A DNA stretch of 60,962 nt, filler included, from 14 parts of 14 records of this genome joined end to end with filler, not necessarily neighbours in it, one strand, 5' to 3'; positions 46,528 to 58,201 are shown, numbered from the whole stretch's first letter. The notes: generated by a model not told the origin, from the sequence alone. Made by a program: numbers and translations.

Positions 46528-47829
46528 TCAGATCCCATGTCGAGCCGCAAACCCCTTGACTTGCTCTAAAAAGATAAAAGTCAGCACCTGCCCTAGCCTC
46601 GCCGGCCAGACCCCCGCCGCCGCACAGTGTGGGGCCCCAGCCGGAAGTATTGCGCCGTCCAGCCTTTCATTAAGCCACCCAGCCCCTCAGCCTTGAACTG
46701 CCACCGGTGTTATGCCTGGCCTTTACACCGCCACACCGTCTTGCTGAGACAATCGAGTACCCCAGAGTATCTCGGAAGCTCACCCGGCTTCACTGGGGGC
46801 TGGTTCATCAGTCGAGTGGTCACCACATCCAGAGGGTTCATAGCAGTCACCTGCACTCGCTCTCTCGTTGGCCCCCAGGATCAGCACCGTGAACACACTT
46901 GCAGCAAGGCTCGCCCCAAAATGCAGCTGCACAGTCCGAATCAGGAGGCGCACCATGCCGCCGCGGGGACCTGGACCCCGGACAGCTTGCCGCCGAGCAT
47001 GTCCTTGAACAAGTCGTAACTCGAGAGCTGCGTCGCCCCCCCGACCGCCACCCTCGGCATTGCAGCAGACACGCCACGGAGCATCCCGTACGGCCCGTCC
47101 TGCTGTATGATATGCCGGGCGCCCGCGAGGAAGCCCGAATAGTTGAATTGGTGTCCGACTCCCGTGTGCACCGAAGAGGCTGACTGCAGCCTGCATTTGA
47201 CCAGGAAGAACGGGTTCCCAAACCAGGCCCCAAGCACCCCAGACGCCCCCCCGGCCAGCCTGCACCCGCTCCCGCGCCCTCGCTCGGGCACGGCACCCTG
47301 ATTTGAGCCCGAACGCTAGTTGAGACTCCTCCGAGATAGGGATCGCCGGATCGGCCCTGCCGACTGGAGCTGGTGGCGCCGGGGGGGCGGGCCGGCACCT
47401 GAGGAACTGCTTGAAGTAGGAGTGGCACCTGCCCCGTACTCCGCCGGCCGGCCCTGCTGGCGGCACACCCGATCCGGGTGCCGTTCATTGCGATTTGATA
47501 CAGGATAGCCGGCCCGAGCCCGGCCTGGATCCCGGCCAGTCCTTCGTTCCGCAGGATGCTAACAAACGCCTGCGGCCGGCTCCCGGCGGCCAGACCGGCT
47601 CCAGGCGCACCGTGGGCGCGTTCGGGTAGGTCATTTTAAATCTGGCGCCCGTGGTAAGCGCGGGGCGGCGGCCGGCGGGGTACTTGGCGGCGCCCTGGGT
47701 GACTAGTTCGTTCTGGAGCTGCATGCGGGTCTTGACCACCTCGAACGGGTTGGTGAACAGGCAGGCGCACGAGGTGGCCGTCCCGGCGATCCCAAACTCG
47801 ACGTACACCGGCCGCTTCACCCCTGCCAT
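46528..47829 (-). CDS. Mitochondrial carrier, OAC1/SLC25A34-35-like, many ~37-42-nt introns
   Basis: TNPFEVVKTRMQLQ, YQIAMNGTRIG, GNPFFLVKCRLQ, MNPLDVVTTRL, YFRLGPHT|VLTFIFLEQ. Confidence 0.88.
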
Positions 47830-47957
47830 GGTGCGTGCTCAGGCCCGACTTCGAAGCCGAGGTAAGCCGTTACCAGCCATGCCGTTAGAGTCGAGATCTC
47901 GACGGCGGCACGGACAGGCTCGCTGTTCGGACAGGCTTACTGTTCGCCGGGGCCGAC

Positions 47958-49592
47958 ATGGCGCGCTGGACTAGATCCACAAGCCGCGTGGCGCTCGCCT
48001 TACTGCTCTCTGTCTGCACCGCCGACGGTGAGTCGCATCCGGCGCCAGTGCCAAGGTCCGCTGGACCGGCGGATGCGCTGCAGGAGGCGCCGCTGCCGGC
48101 CGGCTGGCAGGCCAAGCAGGATCCGGTTGGCGGCGCCACCTCGGCCAACCGGGCCAATCTGGTACGGCAATATTCGAAATTTCCTTACCCCGAGCGGCGG
48201 CGCGAGTCGGAGTTCGGGATCAATTCGGCTGACCTGACCACCATATCGTACCTCTGCTTCGAGGGCAAGTTCAGCTCGGTCTGGCGCCGGCCGGGGCTCC
48301 GGATCCTCGACGCGGGCGGCGGCACCGGCGACGCCATGCTCACCCTGGCTCGGCAACTGGCAGGCATCAACAACAAGAGCCGGATAGTCCACCTGGACCT
48401 GTCGGATACTTCGCAACAGATTGCCCGGGAGCGAGCCGAGTACAGGCGGCTGAGCCACCTGGTCGAGTTCCGCCTGGGAAGCTTCCTGGACTCGGAGCTG
48501 ATGGCCTCGTTGGGCAGATTCGATCTGATCGTCAGCCACGGCGTGCTACATCATCAGGCTGATCCGATCGCAGGGCTGCTCGCGCTCAAACAAGCCCTCC
48601 GGCCAGGCGGGTGCATCAGCATCATGGTGTACGCCGAGTATGGCCGCACAGGGATTTATGATGTCCAAAGAATGATGCAGCTTGTAGCACCATCGAGCAC
48701 TGGCGACGAGCACCAGGAGGTTGAGGCGCTCCGGTCTCTGCTCGGCTCGCTGCCCGGAACGAGCCGTGTCCGTCGTAACCAAGCGTTCTGGGCGGCAGTG
48801 CAGGCTGAGGTGAGCACCGGTGCTGGCGCGTTCGATCTTTTCCTGCACTCGCAAGACCGAGCTTTCACCGTGCCTGAGCTCATCAAGTGGGTGGAAGGCG
48901 ACAGCGGGCTGAAGGTGGCCGCGTTCAACGAAGCAGGGCTGTATGACCCGTTGCTCTGGCTGGACAGCCCAACCGAAGAGCTGATTGATCGGGTGAGAGC
49001 ACTGGACAGGGTCAGTCAGATGAGCATGGCCGAGCTGCTCCATGGCGCGCTGCAAAGGCACAGCTTTTATGCGGCGGACGGGGGGCGTCGGACCCTGCCT
49101 ATGGTTGGTCCGAGCACTATCCCGTGCCTGCCACGGCGTGGGCAAGTTAACTTAGACTTTAAGATCCAGACGCAGCACACCGACTTTACTGTGGACCTAA
49201 CCAGGAAGGTGGCCGATTGTAACGGCAATTGCTGACATAGAATCCGGCCGCAGGTGAGCTACGCGGCATCAGTCTTCCCCAAGGAGACCGTTGTGTGGTA
49301 CAAGAGGGTGAGTGCGCTGCTGCAGTACCCGTGGATCTTTGGCAACTGCCAGCGCTCGTTTGAGGAGATATGGCGGATGAATGTGCTGCCTCAGAACCCG
49401 TCTGTCCAACTGCCGATGTTCCTCATGGCCATGCAAACCATCGTGAAGATGCTCGGCGATTGGGGAGATATTGCCATCCTCACCGAACCTGGCGAGTTGC
49501 TGGTCACTGGCAATGCATTGGATAGTGAGACAGCTAGCAAAAAGTCGCGCGGGAGGGCACAAAGCGAGCTACCCAAACACAACGAACTATGA
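47958..49592 (+). CDS. Class I SAM-dependent methyltransferase with signal peptide and C-terminal HNEL
   Basis: QYSKFPYP, ILDAGGGTG, HGVLHH, IMVYAEYGRTG, DLFLH. Intron 49209-49253. Confidence 0.82.
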
Positions 49593-49907
49593 TGCATGCC
49601 NNNNNNNNNNNNNNNNNNNNNNNNNNNNNNNNNNNNNNNNNNNNTTAATTAATTAANNNNNNNNNNNNNNNNNNNNNNNNNNNNNNNNNNNNNNNNNNNN
49701 ATTAAGATGTATGGTACTAAAAGTCTACTAAAGTCGCGCAGCCTATAAATGTATGGCGAGGCTTGCGCCAAATGCCGAGTCCGGCGTTATTCCTCATTTC
49801 GCTATCGAGACTCTATACGGGAATCTATGAAATCGGTTGAGCTTCGTTTTCATGGCAAGCCCTGCAAAACACAGCTTCAACTCCTCTCGGCATTTCGCAA
49901 CGCCTTG

Positions 49908-52900
49908 TTAGCCATCTGTTGTCGCCCTAAAGTTCACACTTGCTGAAATATCATCTACCGTGCGCCGCACGGCACTGTTGACGCCGCCGTCGTCCTTGTC
50001 GAGCTCATCGTCGTCCTGTTCCAATGTGTTCCACCTCTCGACCGACCTCTGAATACCGTCCATCTCGAGGTCGTGCCTTACAAAAGTGTGTGACAACAGT
50101 GCCTGTTGCTCTTCCTTGTTGTCCTGCGTGTTTGTGCAGGAGTCGGTCTGCAAGAAACTGCGGATCTGATATAGGAGCCAGGCAAAGACAGTCCGTTGGC
50201 CATCATCCGTCATTGTGGACGCATTTAGATTCTGGTCGCTTTCGTTGAACAGTTCACGGTACTCAAGAAGCCTTTCATAGTTCTTCAAGACATCCTTGAA
50301 AGCTTCTGTTGAAGGTTTGATGAACACCCTAACCTTGTCGCCAATCTCAAAAGCTTCGGTCTGGGCGCATCCGTCAATCTGATGGTGGTTAATGTCGTGC
50401 CATGTGTCTTTCTTTGAGCCGGAATGAATGAATGTCACGGTGTAGGTTGGTGAGCGACCTCGCGAGCAACCTGTAATGACAGCCTTGTGCCATTGCCGAG
50501 ACTCACTTGAACTCCGGTCAGGATGCAGCTTGAAGCGACACCACTTGAGAGTTTGGGTCAACTCTGTGTCGGAAGCGTTCCACTCCAATCCCAGTTTTCT
50601 TGCAAGCTGGGGGAAAGTGACATACCAGGTGTAATAGTAACTACATTTCGCAACTGCCCACTCAGAAATACGGGAGCCTGCCCACCAAGCGGAAGCGCTG
50701 ATGCTAATGACTGCAACAGTGGCCCACACTGGACTTGAAATGGTTGCAATCAGTCCCGCTGTCAATGCTGTGGCTGCTGTCGAGAACGTGAATCCTCCAG
50801 CGGTCTGAATCGCAACGTGACGGGCCTGTTGCCCCAGCTGGCTCAGCATCGCCGAACCCGTGATCTCGCCACGACAGTACTTCGCAGAAAGTCTCACCGT
50901 GTCCATGGCCAGCGACATGGCAGCAATCAGGCCAGCGACAGCGGCTGAGCCCAACACTGAAGTGGCGTTGCACACCGCGACGGTCCACACTTGGCCTGCG
51001 CTCCGAACCGTGTCAAGTGCTGTTTCTAATACCAGCGTGGAGGATGATCCGTCTTTCCAGAACAATACCAGATCACCTTTATTGATTTTGCTGCCGCTGG
51101 CGCCAGGGATTCGGATCTTTTCTCTCGGCTTTGTCACCTTGGTGCCACACAGTTTGTGCTTCGCGCTGTCGAGCTCCAGTTCAAACTCGTCTTCGCCCCA
51201 TAAGCACCAGTCGGCACGTGTCTGCTTGAGCACAGTGGCGGCGATCCATTCGTTCTGAGTCTCACCAGTTGTCCCTGGCACTTCGTGCTCACATTCAACC
51301 CTCATGTGAGGCTGGATCTCTGTGAGACGCTTCACACGATCCGAAGGAACATCGTTGTGCTCTGGACGGGTGGCACTGCCATCAACTTCGAAGCATTTTC
51401 GGCCCATGATGTCATATGTGGTGCCTTCTGTGCCCTGTTTCACCTCAAGAACTCGGCCTTTGTGCCAGAGATCTCGCTCCCTCTGCAGATAGTTCATCAA
51501 GACAGTGGCCACCCCGAATATAGCAAGGAGGCCACTCTCCCCATTGTCGCTGAGCGCATCGTTCGGATTGTTGATGACGTTAGCAAGCCGGCCTTCTCCG
51601 AACCCGTTTGCCACATCGCACAGGACGCGGCCAGTATCGCTCGGTGTCACTGCCTCGCCCTTGAAGAACTTGGTGGCCATTTGCAAGCTGGAGGAAGCGC
51701 CTCGTGCGAGACCCCGTTGTGTCGCCATGTTGAGGTCTGTTTGAGTCTCAGGGTCAGAATGTTTCACCAGCTGGCCATTCTCATGCACATCATCGGTGAC
51801 ATCGGTGTTAACTGTGAAGAGGTCCCGATGCTCAGTTGTGATCCGGCGGTGGTGTGTGTTGTGTTGGTTTGAAGTCGCTCGGTTCTCGCCCGGTTTCCAC
51901 TTCTTATCGAAGTCATGGGTGCCGTGAAAGCAATTTCTCTTGGCCCTCCCGTGGTCGTTCAGGGTGTCAGCAAAGTCTTTGTCGGTCTGATTCCATTCCA
52001 CGACTGCTGTTGTGGTTCCACATCCCGGAGACGACACCTTAGCTTCCACATCTGAAACTGCGATTGAATGCCCCCGCTCGATATCCTTCTCTCCTACTCG
52101 ATAGCCTCCCTTCCAGTTACTGCTATGATACTTCACATGATCTCGTGATTTGATGGTCTCAAGGGTGCCTTCAGGAGGCATGTTGGCATGAAAAGCTTGG
52201 CCTAACCCGTTTTTGTGATCATCGGCGTTGCGGTCATCGGCGTTGCGACCTTTGTCGAACCAGTGAGACTTCAGAGGGCTACCGTCAGCATTCTCTTCGC
52301 GGGTGATGACACAATGCGTCTCATTGAGCGTGAACAAGCCGAACCGAGCCGAGTGATCGCCAATGCGGAGTCTCGCAGCAAGTTCATCGTAGTGCCGTTC
52401 GGTCCACGTCGTGATCTTCATCCCATGGTCGACAAGCACATGATGTGGGCTGTCTTCATGCCCATGTGCGAAACCCAAAGACGCGTCGGCGCCGAAGGCA
52501 CTGACATGAGCTCCGACGGACAGCTCGGATCTGTGCCACTTTTCGCCATGATGTTTGAAGTTCTCGGTGATTTTGTCCCGGTGAACACCAATGCTGAAGC
52601 CCTCGTACTGTGTCGAGAGTGCCATGCGGGTACTATGGCTCTCTGTAATGCCGCTGCCAAACAGCTGCCCGTGGCTGACTTGGCTCGTTATGCTGAAGTT
52701 CACAGGTATCGGCAGTTGAAGCTCATGGATTCCAAGATTGACTCCCTCGCTGAGAAGGGTGACCCTGAGTCCCTGTGCATTGTTGTTCTGAATACACGCA
52801 AGTGCCTTGACGGTCGTGCGGCTGATGTCATGGCACGCTTGGGCATCGAGGCAGGTCTGCTGGCGCAGGTGGTCCTCTATTTCATCTCCAATCCTGCTGT

Positions 52901-54339
52901 CAACCACAGCGTGTGCAATGCGCTCTAGTGACACTTGGCCTTCAGCCGTGATGAGGCTGTTCCAGATGCCTGGGGCAAGCTCCTGCACCGCACTGCAGCC
53001 AACCATCACCGTTTGAACCAATCCACGATGGATCCTCGCCGCCTCCGCAGTGCCCTGGGCACCGAAGCTCGTCACTTCAGGCACACATATGCTCGGGGGA
53101 ACTGATGAAGACGGCACAAACTCTTTCGAGTGCGGGTTCAGGTCAGTCTGAGAGTTGGGCGCACGGCAGAGAAGCTTCATCTCTGGCTTGTGATCGGACC
53201 AGGAAGGAGGCATGTCGTGGAGATGAGAGCTTGGCTTCGCGGATGGCATGAACTCTTCTGCATCTGGATTCAAACTTGAAGATGAAGAAGATGCAAACTT
53301 GGTGGCGAGGTTGTCCAGCGAGAATGTTGAGGGGTCCATCGTAGTAGCTGCGTCTGATTGCTGGGGTGTTTTCAACACGGAGGTCTGAGTGAAGCATTGG
53401 CGAAGACGCCATGTGTCATCCACGTGGAAATAAGGAAGGCTAAGGCAGTCTTCCCTGCCAGCTGACTTATTTTCAACACAGAGGTGCAGCGTCGGACTCA
53501 CAAACTTATAATCGTGAAAGGATCCCCCAGATCTAATGTTATACTCGAGTTGTGACTCTGTCTCTCCGACTGGTGCCTGCAATGTTACAGTTGCACCTGT
53601 TGGAGTCGCTGCAAATGATCCGTGGTCGTTGCTGACGTGCACACCCGGTGATCCTTCTGCGGCAGCAAGTGCCGGGGCGATTAAACCAGCAGCACGCCCA
53701 AACTGGGCTAGACCGCGCGAGGCCACGGCGGTTCGAATTGCCAGTGGTATCTCAACTTCCGGGACGGCTATGGCCGCCAGGGTCATTGGCACAGCTAATG
53801 CGGCTTCGCGGGTGGCCTGAACTACTGCTTCTTGTGTCTTGAAGCAGATCTGGACGCTGTTCTCTACGGCACCGTCGCTGTGAACGTCTACACAGTGCTC
53901 AGTAGTCCAGTGCCCAGTGTCGACCCTGTCGCACTTTGGGATGAAGACATTTGCACGTGGATTCATGCCTGAGCTGCCTCCCCCTCGCAGCCTCAGCGAA
54001 ACGTGAACCGTCGACCCCTTCGCGATCTCGCACTGGTCCAGAGTGTTGCCCTCGTCGAGCTGCTTGCCCGAGTGCATGAGGCATTGCTGGTCGTGTGAAA
54101 TGCCCTCCTTCTGCTCGATCTGAGCCTTGAGCTCTAGCACGGTAGTGGTGGACTCGACGTCGACGATGATGGTCTTGCCGGACAATGTCTGGACGAAGAT
54201 CTGGAAAGTGCCCGAGGGAAAGCCTCGGGAAATTCCAGATGACCTGCGGCGAGCTGGCAGTGTTGCAATAGAGCCCAAAGCTCCGAGGAGGCAGGACAGC
54301 AAGAGGACGACGCCGCTGAACTTCTCCCGCAGACCTGCC
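49908..54339 (-). CDS. Large intronless multidomain protein: ubiquitin (LRGG), 3 PAM2 motifs, Tudor-like modules, hydrophobic helices, split J-domain; 5' truncated
   Basis: Ub 54206-53979 (FQIFVQTLSGKT...LRLRGG). NPRANVFIP, LNPDAEEFMP, LNPHSKEFVP. KLHPDR near 50520. Confidence 0.8.
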
Positions 54340-54439
54340 NNNNNNNNNNNNNNNNNNNNNNNNNNNNNNNNNNNNNNNNNNNNTTAATTAATTAANNNNN
54401 NNNNNNNNNNNNNNNNNNNNNNNNNNNNNNNNNNNNNNN

Positions 54440-54710
54440 GCCGGGCGGACGGACGGAAGAGGGAGTTGCGCATGCCTTCGGACAGCCGGCGGACCCCCTC
54501 GATTTTGTGGAACTCGGCCCTGCTGATCCGGCCTCGGCCCGACTGATCAAGCTGGGCGAACTGGGCGCTGATCTGCCGGAGATCCTGGAAAGTGGGCGGC
54601 TCGATCAGCTCGAGCGCGGTTTGGACTTCGGTTTGGAGCAGCTCCTCCTGGAGCGACGGGTCCAGCTCCAGCCCGCCCTCCCGCTCCTCCAAGCACCCGC
54701 AGTTGCCCAT
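54440..54710 (-). CDS. Myristoylated EF-hand protein (calcineurin B/CBL-like), 3' truncated
   Basis: MGNCGC acylation motif. FAQLDQSGRGRISRAEF EF-hand. Confidence 0.65.
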
Positions 54711-54814
54711 CGCCTGGGCTTGACCTGCCGAATCGCAGGCGAGCCCGCGCTGAGTCAGCCGCCGAGAATCCGTTGCTCAACGGCCTCCTCGGCCACCTCG
54801 GGTGGCTTCCAGCG

Positions 54815-55848
54815 ATGTCCGGATTCATCGACGGGCTGCTCCGCAAGGCGACCGGCCGGCCGACGCACAAGCAGCTGACCGCGGCCCGGGTGGAGTTCGA
54901 CTGCCTCATCCTGGAGCAGCCGCCGCAGGACTGGGAGCTCATCCGCCGCCGGATCCAGGAGCGGCAGCTCCAATCGAGCTTCGACAAGGGCGACCTGGCG
55001 CTGATCGCTGAGAACGCCATCCTGTGGTACGACCGGATCCGGCGCGACGCCCGGGACGAGCGCGTGCTCGCCAACACCCCTCAGCGGGAGGCGGACGATC
55101 AAAGCCCGCCCGGCAGCCCACCAAGGGTGCGCCGGTCAGCGGCGAGGGCCAACCCGGCCGGGCAGGCGCGCTCGGCCTCCCCGGAGTGCCCCAGCCCGAG
55201 CCTGCAGCCGCCGCCCGAGTCGGCCCGGCTCGACGCTGAGGTTTATCTGGCCACGCTGCACGAGGTGCTGGCAGAACGGACAAAGCGGGTGATCCGGTGT
55301 GGCAAGCCGGGCCTGGCGGGCTGAGGGCGGGCGGCAGCACCGAGCAGCTGCTGCGGGAGCGGAACCGGCACATCCTGGACTTGCAACGGCAGCTGACCGA
55401 GCAGGCGGACGAGAAGGACTCGATGATCACGGCGATGAAGCTGAGTGTGGAGGGCACGAGGGACGAGAGGGACAAGGCGATGGCCGCCCTGGAGGAGATG
55501 CAGAGCTCGGTGCGGCCGGGGCTGTGCGGGCGGCGAGCGGAGGGCAGGCGGAGGCTGATCTGCGGGAGCTGGGCGAGATGGCGGCAGATCACTTGAAGTT
55601 GTGGGACAAAGCATGCGGTGGTTGGCCTGAGCCGGCGAGGGGCCGACCGGCGGACAGACACGGAGGGAGGGGTGGTGCTCTGCGCCACGCCGGTGCCGCG
55701 ACGGGGGGCGCCGGGGGAGGCGCCGGGGAGAGGGTTGGAGGGCGCGGAGCCGGAGGATGCGAAGACGGATAAGATGACCCCGAGTATGACCTGGGCTCAG
55801 GCCTACATGCTCGACGATAATGATGGGCCCGAAAAGTCGTTATTATGA
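54815..55848 (+). CDS. Hypothetical coiled-coil protein, spliced
   Basis: Consecutive ORF pieces joined by ~40-nt GT-AG introns. Heptad region EQLLRERNRHILDLQRQL. Confidence 0.5.
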
Positions 55849-56029
55849 TACGCGCATAAACTACGTCCAATTTGTATTTATATTGACACGAGTACGGGTC
55901 CCGTCGAGCTCGTGCGAGCCTCTAGACCGGACTAACATTGTAACTAACATTGGCCTCAGTTCAGGAACCACCAGCACCCGCTTCTTCACGGCTTGGCGCG
56001 AATAATGCAGTCAGCAGCGCCTCCCCGGC

Positions 56030-56779
56030 TCACGAAGTCAGAATCACTTGCACGCCACCCTGTGCTTCGGCGCCCCCCGCCGGCTTGGGCTCTTTCAGCT
56101 TGTTCGTCTCATCTATGAACTTCAAATCCGTACTCGCCTGCGCCGCCAATGCCGGGTCCTGGCTGCGGTCTTTGGTCCAGGTGGCGTGCATCCGCGACTT
56201 GCCGTCCTGGTGCTGCCCGCCGCACTCGCACCGGATCCGGACCCGCCCGTCGGCGCATGAGCTATTCGAGGGTTTGGTCCGTTTGCAATACCCGCACACA
56301 TACAAACACTGGCCTGGGCTGATTATGACCGGCTTTCTTGGGGGGTAGGTCTTGGGTGGGATATTCTTGGGCCGCTTAGCCCTGACCGACTCCAGCGCCC
56401 ACTCGTGCATCCCGTCCGCCTGGACCACCGGCGGGGGCGGCACGGTTGCTATCGGGCCCTGCGGTTGGTCGGGCACGGTAAGGATCGGGGCCGCGGCCGG
56501 GCCGACGGGGTGGAGCACCCCTTGGTGCCACAGGAAGGCGTTGCCGCACACGTCGTACATCACGTTCCCCATCGGGGCCATCGTGGGTATCGTGGGCATC
56601 GTGGGCATCGGGGCCTGTGAATCGACCGGGGCCGCGAGCACAGGCGCCGGCCCGGTTGCGAGCGAAGTGACTGCAACCGAGTGGGGGCGGGGGCGCTTGG
56701 CGGCCTTCTTCTTGGACTCACGCCTCGGCGGGGTCGGCACCCGGCTGGCCACGTCGAGCAGCAGCTCGAGCGCAGACAT
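56030..56779 (-). CDS. Putative zinc-binding transcriptional regulator (CxxC...CxC...H domain)
   Basis: N-terminal LELLLDVA, NLS-like KKKAAKRPR, Pro-rich linker, YVCGYC...DGRVRIRCECGGQHQDGKSRMHATW. Confidence 0.55.
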   Translation of the reverse strand: MSALELLLDVASRVPTPPRRESKKKAAKRPRPHSVAVTSLATGPAPVLAAPVDSQAPMPTMPTIPTMAPMGNVMYDVCGNAFLWHQGVLHPVGPAAAPILTVPDQPQGPIATVPPPPVVQADGMHEWALESVRAKRPKNIPPKTYPPRKPVIISPGQCLYVCGYCKRTKPSNSSCADGRVRIRCECGGQHQDGKSRMHATWTKDRSQDPALAAQASTDLKFIDETNKLKEPKPAGGAEAQGGVQVILTS

Positions 56780-56874
56780 GGCGGCGGTGCGGTGATGAGG
56801 GCCGAATGCTCACTTGCCCTGACTTCACTAAGTTCACTTGGATCACTCTCGATAACGGCATTTTGGGGAGGCCT

Positions 56875-57417
56875 ATGGCGAGGGACCGAGCTGGCTCGGC
56901 CACCAAGTGCTGGGTCGAGGCCGGTAGCTTGGGGCCGGGGCCGGCGGCGGCGGACTGACCGGCTGGGGCCGCCAGCCGACACTGAGCACTTGCACAAGGA
57001 AGCCGACGCCGGCAAAGGGGTCGTGGTCCCCCGCGGCGGCCGGGCGACGGCTCAGCCCCGCGGCAGGTGCTGATTTACTTTACGGCGCCCTGGAGCGTGC
57101 CGTGCGGCAAGTGCGGGCCGGAGCTGCGGGCGTGGTCGGAGGGCGAGCCGGGGGTGAAGATAGTGACGGTCAACGCGACGGCCGAGCCGTTTATGGAGAT
57201 GATCCAGGCCGCCAAGATCAACTCGCTGCCCACGTGCCGTCCGGCCGGCCGATTGGGCGAGGGGGGCGGGCAGGATCCACATGGTACACAACGGCAATCT
57301 GATCCACGAGTTCAAGGGGCTCTCCAAAGAGAAGGCCCGCTCGCCTGGCCGGCCGGCAGCTGACCCACCCTGCAGATTGGGGAGATCCAGACCAAATTCG
57401 CCGAAGCCACCGCCTGA
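56875..57417 (+). CDS. Thioredoxin-fold protein with an atypical WSVPC site, 4 introns
   Basis: VLIYFTAPWSVPC, INSLPT|IHMVHNG. Last intron is GC-AG (57335-57375). Confidence 0.72.
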
Positions 57418-57759
57418 GTGGCGGCGGGCGGGGGGCTGGCGCGGGGACTCTCGGCGCGATGTCCGTGTGGACTTGGCTGCTGGGTCGGTTGTGCGGAGCT
57501 CTGCGCGGCTCGAGCCGTTTGAACAGACTATCAGGATTAAATTAATCTCTAGCCTCGCCTAGCTCAGCCCACAGCGGTATCGCTACGTCCTGTGTGAAAC
57601 CAGCCGAATCTCATAGCCAACCCTTGGCAAATTTTATTACTCGACGCGATGTACGAGTANNNNNNNNNNNNNNNNNNNNNNNNNNNNNNNNNNNNNNNNN
57701 NNNTTAATTAATTAANNNNNNNNNNNNNNNNNNNNNNNNNNNNNNNNNNNNNNNNNNNN

Positions 57760-58201
57760 GCACCGCCGGCAGCGCACCGATTCGCTTGGCCATTGGCACG
57801 AAGCCTTCGCAGTCGTGGTGGCCCAGGATGGTGGTGGCTGTGGGCAAGTCACTCTGCCGCACCGGTCAGCGGCCGGCTCACTGCGCCTCACCCAGGGGGT
57901 TTTGATGGCTAGCACCAGCGACGAGAGCTGCGGCGAATCGCCCACCCAGGCCATCAGGCTCTGCCGCATCCTGATGACGTGCCCGTACACCCGGGTCTCG
58001 CCGAGCACTGTGCTCAGCCCGTGCGTGCTGAAGCTGCACTCCGGCTCGGGGCTGGGCGCCGGGGCGGCGGCCGGGCCCGGGCGCGTGGCCTCGAGCAGAT
58101 CAAGCCTGCCAGCGGCCTGTCAGCCTCCCCGGAGGGCGCCAGCGGGACCGCCGGTGGAGCTCGTCGACGACTTTGTCATTGCTCGGCTGCTCGTACACCA
58201 T
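57760..58201 (-). CDS. PSMG4: Proteasome assembly chaperone 4-like, spliced, 3' truncated
   Basis: VYGHVIRMRQSLMAWVG..QLSSLVLAIKT resembles PAC4. Start MVYEQPS joined by a short intron. Confidence 0.6.

Noticed and set aside
3363..57759. Regularly recurring TTAATTAATTAA element flanked by Ns, as a repeat family or CRISPR-like array
   Set aside because: Fixed-format scaffolding linker with six-frame stops, not biological.
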